Below, in pieces: positions 28,760 through 36,339 of a DNA stretch of 64,000 nt (within the stretch, counting starts at the first letter, position 1; each line of letters begins with the position of its first letter). Source of the DNA: Bacteroidota bacterium (lineage in GTDB: Bacteria > Bacteroidota > Bacteroidia > AKYH767-A > OLB10); contig JANOXC010000118.1 of NCBI GenBank assembly GCA_031418215.1, positions 25,388-89,387 on the forward strand, written 5' to 3'. A program made the translations under genes and the position numbers. The notes beneath the pieces are model-generated. The model had not been told where the DNA came from. It was given only the letters and a program-made list of their open reading frames with translations, and ran no database searches.

Positions 28760-30736
28760 TTACAAAACATTAAATCCAATCATCTCTAAGTAATTATATG
28801 TTGAATCATAGTATTCTGCTTTTCTTGTATGGTCTTCAATGTTACCTTCAGGAACAAAAATCACCATTCCTTGTCGGGCTCTAGTTAAGAGAACCCTATA
28901 AGCATTAATTAAATATTTCTTTCTTTCCGGTTGATTTATATTTTGCCATTTGCTGCCTTTGAATTCAAAAGTTTTCCAACCAACTTCAGCATATCTTAAA
29001 TCGCCATCCCATGCAACACAAGCCCAGTCAAGTTCAAGTCCCTGAACATCAAATTCAGTTGCGACATCTTCTAAATAAAATGAAGAACGAACATCATCCT
29101 TTCCATCCAAAAACCAATTCACGGGATTCATTGGGGATTTAACGTCAATTGCAAACGGTTTTAACCGCTGTGCTTGTGAAGAAACAACCATTCCATAGCG
29201 TTCACTTCCTCTTGCTTTTTCTTTCAACCAATTTTTCGCTTTAAATAAATCTCTTGTTAACACTATTGGATAGTTTGCTGAAATATTTGATAGGGTTTTT
29301 TTAGCTTTTTCAATATTCATGTCTAAAATATTTTTTATGAATAGAGAAAGGTTTTCAGCTCTGAATGAACGCATAGAAACCGAAAGGTGTAAATCAGAAT
29401 TAAATTTTACCTCTGATTTTTCTTGTAATGTTTTTATTGAATTAACAGCCGAATATTCTGAGTCAGTCAAGTTAGGTGAGATGTAAACTTCCCAATCTGA
29501 AAATTTGCTGTTAATAGCATTTAACCACTCCGATATGCCAGCTTCGCCAGTATTTATTTCTTGCCCTCCTCCAACTAAACAGACAATTACAGCCCAATCT
29601 TTGTGTCTATCAAGACAAGAAATTAAAAATTCAGGTTCAGAAAAATCAAAGTCAAGTTGATTTTTTTTCTGCTTCATGAACTTAACCGTTTGTTCTTTAT
29701 TCCAAGCCCTTTGTGCTTCATCAAAAATTGCCACATGGTCGTAAGGTGGATTAGGGTCAACAAGGTAAGCGTCTCTATAATGATGAATTATTTGTATAAA
29801 TGCCTTAACACCCTCCTTCGCTTTCCCTTTGGTTAATTTATTTCCCAGCTCTTTTTCATTCTTGACCTTATCCCTTGTTAACGCCTCTTGAAGAATAGCA
29901 ACCAAAGGTGCGTTGCCAGACAAATAGACACTAGTATTTCCTTTTTCTTTATCAAGATGTGTTGTTGCAACTTTTAACCCAACAAGAGTTTTGCCTGCAC
30001 CTGGGACTCCTGTTACAAAACAAATAATTTTTTTAGGGGTGGCTTTTGCAATACCAATTAATTCAGAAATTGCTTTTGTTGTGTCTCTTAAATTTTTTGC
30101 TGCTGCATCACTTCTTGTTATTTCATCAACTGTGTGAGTATTATAAAGAGAAATAGCTGCTTCAATTATTGTTGGTGTAGGCGAATAGCTTCCATTAGCA
30201 AACTCATCTCCATCTATTTTTTTACCATCGTTAAAAAATAACAGTGTGTTTTTTATTGCTTCATTCAAATTATCCTTGTTAGTTTTTATTGGCAATATCA
30301 AATTATCATTGTGTGATGTTGTTAGGATTTCAATAATAGAATTTTTTGATTCTGTTGCAATAAGTACTGGTGCTAAAACAATTTTATGACTTGGCTTGTG
30401 AAAATTTTTCAAGTCCAGTGCATAATCCCACACTTGTTCAATTTGGTATTGATGAAAATTATTCTCGCCTACTTTAAACTCTATTACAAAAACAACATTT
30501 TTAATAATTACAATGGCATCAACTCTCTTCCCCATTCTTGGAATAGAGAATTCAAAAAATATTACCCCTGTGTAACCATTAATTGCTTTTTTCAGAATTG
30601 GTATCTGTTGTTCCCATGATTTATTTTGGTTTGAAGTAGAATCAAATTGGTTTGACATTGTAATCAAGCCAACGATTTCCTCTGTGCTCTTTATTAAAAA
30701 AGATTCAATATTGTCCTTGAAATAGTAATTCAACAT
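28760..30736 (-). CDS. DUF2075-family nuclease-helicase (Nhi-like): N-terminal PD-(D/E)xK nuclease plus SF1-type P-loop ATPase
   Basis: A 658-aa protein. The N-terminal restriction-endonuclease-like motif is ...FFEFSIPRMGKRVDAIVIIKNVVFVIEFKVG (E...D...ExK). Walker A is ICFVTGVPGAGKTLVG and Walker B with the Q-type residue is HVAIFDEAQRAW. The C-terminal motif INAYRVLLTRARQGMVIFV equals SF1 helicase motif VI (L.TRAr). The gene is isolated in AT-rich noncoding sequence. Confidence 0.65.
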   Translation of the reverse strand: MLNYYFKDNIESFLIKSTEEIVGLITMSNQFDSTSNQNKSWEQQIPILKKAINGYTGVIFFEFSIPRMGKRVDAIVIIKNVVFVIEFKVGENNFHQYQIEQVWDYALDLKNFHKPSHKIVLAPVLIATESKNSIIEILTTSHNDNLILPIKTNKDNLNEAIKNTLLFFNDGKKIDGDEFANGSYSPTPTIIEAAISLYNTHTVDEITRSDAAAKNLRDTTKAISELIGIAKATPKKIICFVTGVPGAGKTLVGLKVATTHLDKEKGNTSVYLSGNAPLVAILQEALTRDKVKNEKELGNKLTKGKAKEGVKAFIQIIHHYRDAYLVDPNPPYDHVAIFDEAQRAWNKEQTVKFMKQKKNQLDFDFSEPEFLISCLDRHKDWAVIVCLVGGGQEINTGEAGISEWLNAINSKFSDWEVYISPNLTDSEYSAVNSIKTLQEKSEVKFNSDLHLSVSMRSFRAENLSLFIKNILDMNIEKAKKTLSNISANYPIVLTRDLFKAKNWLKEKARGSERYGMVVSSQAQRLKPFAIDVKSPMNPVNWFLDGKDDVRSSFYLEDVATEFDVQGLELDWACVAWDGDLRYAEVGWKTFEFKGSKWQNINQPERKKYLINAYRVLLTRARQGMVIFVPEGNIEDHTRKAEYYDSTYNYLEMIGFNVL

Positions 30737-31130
30737 TAATTATTCTTTAGATTATCAAATCTGGCGCATTTAAACTTCTGTTCGATTTGGTATGAACGTC
30801 AGTCATATTACTTAAGTGTACAGTACGAAATCGATAAAATCGTTGGTTGTCGGTTAAAAGGAAATGAAAACTTATAATTTCTTCCAAATATACCCAAAAA
30901 CTACCTCCAGTAAATAGATAAACGCACCACTCATCATTCACGCTTTATTATGAATAACCAGCAGCCTTAATGAACCTTAAAAACTTTTAACAGTGTTTTG
31001 AATAAAACCAACCCCCGCAAAAATTTACTTATCCCGGTTTCAAAAAAAACAACAGGGAAAGCATGCATTAAAAAAACATCCCTTCCCTGCAGTTAAACTC
31101 ATCAACAAGTCTTCATCCGTTAATAATGAA

Positions 31131-31772
31131 TCAATCCTTTTTCTCCGGCTTGTAAAAATCCCCTTCTGTATCTTCATTGTCGCGGATCTTGCTGCTGTAA
31201 GCCATCCTGGCTTGTCGTTCACTGGCAAACATTTGCTGTATGCCTTCATCGTCTTTTTGAAAGGTCATGCTGTTGTTGATGGAGATGGAAACAGCAAATT
31301 CCTCCACGGCATGGTCGGTGCCGATGTAGGTGAAGGTCCAGCGGCTTTCTTTTAATTCTTCGATGAGTTTTTTAATCGTGGCTCCGGAAAATTCACGGGA
31401 GGAGTTTTCTTCACCGTCGGTGAGGATGGTCACCAATACGTTGTAATCCCTTCGACCTTCCAGCACCTTTCGGAGTTTATTCATACTAAAACCCATGGCA
31501 TCGTATAAAGGGGTGGAGGCGTCGGGGTTGTATCGTCGCGCATCAATTTGTTCCAGCTTGCTCACGGGGTCAATGAAATGAAGCATTTTATTGCCAAGTC
31601 CGTTGAAGGAAACGAGGGAGATGAAATGTTCCTGCTCAGGAAATTGTTTTTCAATGCCTTTAATGGTCTGCACAATTTCATTGAAGCCTTTGATGATGTT
31701 TTTTTTAATGGGTTCCATCGAACCGCTTTCGTCTAAAATGATGAGGTTGTGTACTTCATGTCTGTTTTTCAT
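31131..31772 (-). CDS. von Willebrand factor type A (vWA) domain protein
   Basis: The MIDAS motif is LIILDESGSM (DxSxS), followed by downstream T and D residues (ILTDGEEN). It is about 213 aa from the internal ATG. The longer TTG-initiated ORF to 31838 is less likely. Confidence 0.7.
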   Translation of the reverse strand: MKNRHEVHNLIILDESGSMEPIKKNIIKGFNEIVQTIKGIEKQFPEQEHFISLVSFNGLGNKMLHFIDPVSKLEQIDARRYNPDASTPLYDAMGFSMNKLRKVLEGRRDYNVLVTILTDGEENSSREFSGATIKKLIEELKESRWTFTYIGTDHAVEEFAVSISINNSMTFQKDDEGIQQMFASERQARMAYSSKIRDNEDTEGDFYKPEKKD

Positions 31773-31924
31773 ACTGTTTGAATTTAAATGGTTAAAAAAT
31801 AAACTGAATGAATGTTTCCTGCAGTTGAAAAAAAGCAACAGTAAAGCAGTGCGGTAATTTAAAGAGTGGGATGAAAAAAAATCCCATTAAAAGCCCTTTT
31901 ACTAACAGTACGAAATTACAGAAA

Positions 31925-32060
31925 ATTGTGATTGACAAATAAAATGGCTGATAAATAATTAGCCAATGTTACCACATATTGGCTCCCTCTCCTTCGGAGA
32001 GGGCGGGGGGTGAGGTAATAGCACAAATCGAATCAAAGTGGTATGGGCCAATTCCACTGA
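31925..32060. repeat. family B interspersed repeat (unexpanded copy)
   Basis: The sequence ...aattagccaatgttaccacatattggctccctctccttcggagagggcggggggtgaggtaatagcac contains a hairpin ccctctcc/ggagaggg and a G7 tract. It is homologous to 35940-36215. Confidence 0.65.
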
Positions 32061-32074
32061 CAATGCAAAAAAAA

Positions 32075-33895
32075 TCAATCCTTCAACTTCATCACCTCCC
32101 AACCAAACCGTTTTCTTGCAATTGCCATGCATTCTATAAAAGTGTTTTTGGTTTTTAAAAATCCGTAACGTTCTTCCAGCATGTATTGCTCATACTTTTT
32201 CTGTTCGATGAGTTCGGAGAGTATCATCCTGATTTTTTTCGTGGCCGTTTCTTTTACCAAAGAATTAAAGTCCGTTTCTACGGAAAGGTTGCGTCCGTAA
32301 TTATCGAGTAGCTTCTCAATGTTTTCTTCATTGAACAATCCCTGTATAAGCAATGCCCAAACAAGGTTACGTGCCGAGCGTACGAAGAAATATTTATTCT
32401 CCCCGCGGCTCTCAATTTCTTTGATGGCAGCCCCGATGCGGAATTGTATTTTGTAAGCTAAAATTATTTTACGCGTGTCGGCTTTGAGAAATTCTTTCTG
32501 AAATGTTTTATCGTAAATGGCATCTTGTTCAAACACTTTTCCCATATCAGAAACCTTGTCCACCTCGCCCTGCACAGCTAAAAATGTTTGTGCCAGCTTT
32601 CTGATCTTTACTTCTTTCATCTGTTCAATACCCATCTCCCCGAAGTCGGCATCACTTAAGTTGGCAAAGGAGTTTTCCTGCCGTTCGTAGAAGATGCCGT
32701 CCTTGCGGAACTTGTCATCAAACTCCAGTTGTATCATGTCGTTGGCGCGCAGGTTCCAGGGCTCAACGGGATTTTGTTTGTTGTTGGAAATGGTAACCTG
32801 CGTCACAAATTCCTGAGAGCAGTTAGTGATGATCTTTACAATGACTTCAATCTTCTTCAGCGTCTTTTCGTAATCATTGTATCCGGGCTGCTTGCGCAAG
32901 TCGTCAATGAATCGCGATAAAGTTGTAATTGTCTGTGCGCCGTTCAACACACGCGGTTCCACAATCTTGATGTTCCCGCCTTCACCTTCCAGTTTCTCTG
33001 CAAAAAGTGTTACGCCATTATGATGAAAGGTAAAATACTCCGGACTTACTTTTTTATGGACAACAATGTCGCGCAATGATTTTTTAATGGCTTGGTTCGG
33101 CGCTAATTCATCGGTCAATCCTCCACGAATATTTTTTTCGAAGAGACGCTGTTTCATGTCGTTGTGCATCTTATACAAATCGAAGATGTGAATGAAACCC
33201 AGGCTCATTTTTTCGTTGCCTGATGCAATTTTCTTCAGCGGTGTATTGAGTGCAATGTCATACTGAAAGGTTTTTTTCGTCCTTGCTGTCTGATTAATCT
33301 TCTTCGTTTCATTGGAGATGTACTGTATGGTCAGTGTGATGTCTTTGCTGTCGAAAAACTGGTCGATAAAATGTTTTTTTGATTCCAGTTCTTCACGCAG
33401 GCTCTCCAAGACCTTACTGCTCTCGGCACTCTCGGGGTCTCCGTTAAAAACAAAACAGATGTAAACTTTGTTGATGAGGTCTTTGTATTCTTCCAGCTCC
33501 ATCTTAAGCTGTGTAGTTAGTTTGCCGGTATAGGCGGTTGAGCCATCACCGAAAATTGTTTCAATACCGTCTTTGACCAGCCGTGTGTAGGCGTCTTTAA
33601 ACAGCTCGAAGTTTTCGCCCCATTCAAAGTGGTACAGGTACAGGTTTTTGGCGCCTCTTTCGATGTAATAGGCTTCTATCCCTTCTTCATTTTTACCGAT
33701 GGAACAGTAGGGCAGTACAGCCTCCACCTTGCGTTCAAATTTATCAGCGATAAAGAGCGGAGCAAAGTAGTCTTCCTTGTGCCCATAATGCTTTGATTTG
33801 TATTTGAGGTAGGTTTCCGTTAATCTTTCAAGGGTGATGGACATGGTCTGTACGGTTGGTTGGTAAATATCAATAGAGGTTAATTCGTTTTTCAA
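32075..33895 (-). CDS. AIPR-like (abortive-infection phage-resistance family) protein, tentative
   Basis: A 606-aa protein. The central block HHNGVTLFAEK...KIVEPRVLNGAQTITTLSRFID carries an NGAQT motif that I associate with AIPR/DGQHR-type domains. The N-terminal ~280 aa and the helical C-terminal ~200 aa were not recognised. The call rests on my recollection of the family motif. Confidence 0.4.
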   Translation of the reverse strand: MKNELTSIDIYQPTVQTMSITLERLTETYLKYKSKHYGHKEDYFAPLFIADKFERKVEAVLPYCSIGKNEEGIEAYYIERGAKNLYLYHFEWGENFELFKDAYTRLVKDGIETIFGDGSTAYTGKLTTQLKMELEEYKDLINKVYICFVFNGDPESAESSKVLESLREELESKKHFIDQFFDSKDITLTIQYISNETKKINQTARTKKTFQYDIALNTPLKKIASGNEKMSLGFIHIFDLYKMHNDMKQRLFEKNIRGGLTDELAPNQAIKKSLRDIVVHKKVSPEYFTFHHNGVTLFAEKLEGEGGNIKIVEPRVLNGAQTITTLSRFIDDLRKQPGYNDYEKTLKKIEVIVKIITNCSQEFVTQVTISNNKQNPVEPWNLRANDMIQLEFDDKFRKDGIFYERQENSFANLSDADFGEMGIEQMKEVKIRKLAQTFLAVQGEVDKVSDMGKVFEQDAIYDKTFQKEFLKADTRKIILAYKIQFRIGAAIKEIESRGENKYFFVRSARNLVWALLIQGLFNEENIEKLLDNYGRNLSVETDFNSLVKETATKKIRMILSELIEQKKYEQYMLEERYGFLKTKNTFIECMAIARKRFGWEVMKLKD

Positions 33896-34174
33896 AATGC
33901 CGATCTATAAACCTGCCTTGACGAGCCGTAAAAACCACACGATAAAAAACTTCTGCTCCCTGCCGCCTGCAACTGTTTTATTGCCGAATTACATACAACA
34001 TAATGAGGCAAAAGACCTTGCGAAAGATAGTGAGTTCCGTTTGAATTTAAAGTTTCGACCACATTTTTTTGATTAACAAAACGGACCATTTCAATAGGCT
34101 GATTTCACCCACTCATAACGCCTCATTCCTCGAGTACTCGGGGAAGCCCGATGTGTTTCACTAACCTCACAGTG

Positions 34175-34447
34175 TCATTCAGCAGTGGTAGGATCGATGA
34201 TTGTTGAAACACTGCTCACAGAATTAGCAGGAAATCCACCTTGCTTTGCATGTTCACGCACCATCTCTTCGTTTGGTGCATTATAGACGCAATAAATCTT
34301 ATCGGTAGTAACATAGCTGTGCACCCACTGGATCTGAGGACCCATTTTGCGCAATTCGCCACAGGATGTTTGTGAAATGCCTTTCAATTGTTCGGCTGTC
34401 ATTTTTCCTGCTCCTGGAATTTCCCTTTCAATTACATACTTAGGCAT
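34175..34447 (-). CDS. DUF4242-like small protein
   Basis: A 90-aa protein (MPKYVIEREIPGAGKMTAEQL...YVTTDKIYCVYNAPNEEMVREHAKQGGFPANSV). The layout fits DUF4242, a family of alpha+beta proteins about 90 aa long. Confidence 0.45.
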   Translation of the reverse strand: MPKYVIEREIPGAGKMTAEQLKGISQTSCGELRKMGPQIQWVHSYVTTDKIYCVYNAPNEEMVREHAKQGGFPANSVSSVSTIIDPTTAE

Positions 34448-34760
34448 GATTTTTTTTATTAGAAAAATTTTTATTTAATACTCTGGCCTTTTCGATTTCG
34501 CCCCGTTTAAAAAAGTGGTTGCTGGCCTCCACGTTAATACTAAGTATTAAAAATTGAATTACTGTAAAGTCAAAGATATACGATTGGGGGTAGGTTCCAA
34601 ATTTGCGGCATTTACTAAACATGAAGTTTCAAATTGTCTGTACTATGATTTTTGTGATTCGGCTGATTAAAAAGATCTGCTTTTGAGTTAAAAGGAAAAT
34701 ATTTGAATTGTGAATATACTATTCGTAAATTCGCATTAATTCGTTATTTGTTGATACATT

Positions 34761-35723
34761 ATGAGAAGACGTCAATTCATCAAAGGCTCCGCCATCATCG
34801 GCTTATCATCTGTTGCGCCCGATATTTTAAAAGCAGCATCAGGTCTGCTCGAAACCAATACTGCCCGAAAGGTTTATCAAATATTAACCGCCAGTAAAAC
34901 CATGGTGGGCACATTGCCTGTCCTTCGTGCTTTTGCAGGAGACAACAATGATTATGTGTCTCCTTATGTTTTCTTTGATGAATTTGGGCCAGTTAAAGTA
35001 AATCCTAATGATAAACCGTTGCGTGTTGATGCGCATCCGCATGCAGGCATCATCCCAACAACTTATTTTCTCAATGGCAGCGGCCATCATAAGGACAGTC
35101 TGAATTACGATTTCCAGATCGGCAAAGGCGATTTCATGATGTTTACCTCCGGTCGTGGTGCCATACACATGGAAGAGACGGGTAAAAAATTATATGATCA
35201 GGGCGGACTGTACCATGGTTTTCAGATTTGGCTGAACATGCCTTCGAAATATAAATTTGTCAATCCCGCAACCGATGTATATCGGCCAGAGAAAATGGCC
35301 GAAGTCAATCAAAAAGATTATTCTGTAAAAGTTGTACTGGGAGATTTCATGGGTGCTAAATCAAAAATTGAAACCCTTTTCCCGGTTTTTTATTTTCATC
35401 TCAAACTGAAACCCGGCTGTAAACTCAACATTCCGGTTGATGCAACGCACAATGCTTTTATCTATATCATCAAAGGAAAAGTAGAAACAGAAGGCCGAAC
35501 AGAAGTGCGCACCAACCAGGTAGCCCTTTTTGAACGCGGCAAAAATTCAATCACGCTTTTTACAAATGAAGAAACGGAGTTGCTAATGTTAGGAGGCAAG
35601 CCACACAACGAAGCCGTATTCGCTTATGGCCCTTTTGTAATGAATACGGAAGAAGAAATCAGAAAGTGTTACGATGATTATCGCACAGGGAAGATGGGTA
35701 ATCCGGATTTGGTGAATAAATAA
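34761..35723 (+). CDS. pirin-family cupin protein with twin-arginine (Tat) signal peptide
   Basis: The Tat motif is MRRRQFIKGSAIIGLSSVAP. The pirin N-terminal cupin histidines are in AHPHAGI ... HKD. The 320-aa length is typical for pirin-like proteins. Confidence 0.8.
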   Translation: MRRRQFIKGSAIIGLSSVAPDILKAASGLLETNTARKVYQILTASKTMVGTLPVLRAFAGDNNDYVSPYVFFDEFGPVKVNPNDKPLRVDAHPHAGIIPTTYFLNGSGHHKDSLNYDFQIGKGDFMMFTSGRGAIHMEETGKKLYDQGGLYHGFQIWLNMPSKYKFVNPATDVYRPEKMAEVNQKDYSVKVVLGDFMGAKSKIETLFPVFYFHLKLKPGCKLNIPVDATHNAFIYIIKGKVETEGRTEVRTNQVALFERGKNSITLFTNEETELLMLGGKPHNEAVFAYGPFVMNTEEEIRKCYDDYRTGKMGNPDLVNK

Positions 35724-35972
35724 ATGTAGAATTAAGAATGCAGAATTAAATTCCTAAATCCATTAGGAGAACCGTAATCTACTCCCTCTCTCTGCGCCAA
35801 AGCTGGAGTTAAGGCGGCACGTTGTTGGTGTGGGGGAGGTCAAAAGCAACATCCCTTTTCCTAAATCATCCAACAAGTATAATTCACAGCCCCCCTTCTC
35901 TCATTGATATTCCCGATAGCTATTGGGAATCCGATACGGTAATTAGCCAATGATTTATTAAAGATAAATTGG

Positions 35973-36208
35973 CTCCTTCTCTGTAGGGGCGCACAGGCTC
36001 CCTCTCTGAAGGGGCGCACAGAGGCTCCTTCTCAGAAAGGATGAACAGGCTCCCTCTTTGAAGGGGCGCACAGGCTCCTTCTCTGAAAGGATGCACAGGC
36101 TCCCTCTCGGAAGGGGTGCACAGACTCCCTCTCTGAAGGGGTGCACAGGCTCCCTCTCTGAAGGGGTGCACAGGCTCCCTCTCTGAAGGAGAGGGCGGGG
36201 GGTGAGGC
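35973..36208. repeat. 25-bp tandem minisatellite (about 9 units) grown out of a family B repeat
   Basis: The unit ctccctctctgaaggggtgcacagg is repeated head-to-tail with point variants (ggggcgcacagg / aaggatgcacagg). The array ends in ctccctctctgaaggagagggcggggggtgagg. The 25-bp period is not a multiple of 3, and all three minus-strand frames are open, so the ORFs there are artefacts. Confidence 0.85.
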
Positions 36209-36339
36209 TGCGAATGTTAAATAGAACAAAAAACATAACATCTTCCCCTAATTCCACGTTAAATACCCGTTAAACACTGATCCCTGCTGCAAAAGAACTT
36301 TGTGGTATTGCTTCACATCTCACTACCTTTGTTACAAGA

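Noticed and set aside
31040-31249. 69-aa ORF overlapping the 3' end of the vWA gene, and 62- and 88-aa sense-strand ORFs at 31548-31857
   Set aside because: They overlap the vWA coding frame, which has a clear MIDAS motif, and lack motifs of their own. The longer TTG-initiated extension of the vWA ORF (to 31838) was also not used.
33892-34089. 65-aa ORF immediately upstream of the AIPR-like gene, and the 60-aa ORF at 34440-34622
   Set aside because: They are short, have no motif, and lie in noncoding island DNA containing a family C repeat copy. They are most likely noise.
35973-36208. Possible CRISPR array
   Set aside because: The repeats are directly adjacent with no unique spacers and the unit is only 25 bp. 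This is a tandem duplication of part of a hairpin repeat, not a CRISPR array. No cas genes are present.
35920-36257. Three overlapping minus-strand ORFs (83, 99 and 69 aa) rich in REGACAPLQRGSL peptide repeats
   Set aside because: All three frames are open only because the region is a 25-bp tandem repeat whose period is not a multiple of 3 and lacks stop codons. There is no start context or codon bias. I treated it as a minisatellite, not as genes.
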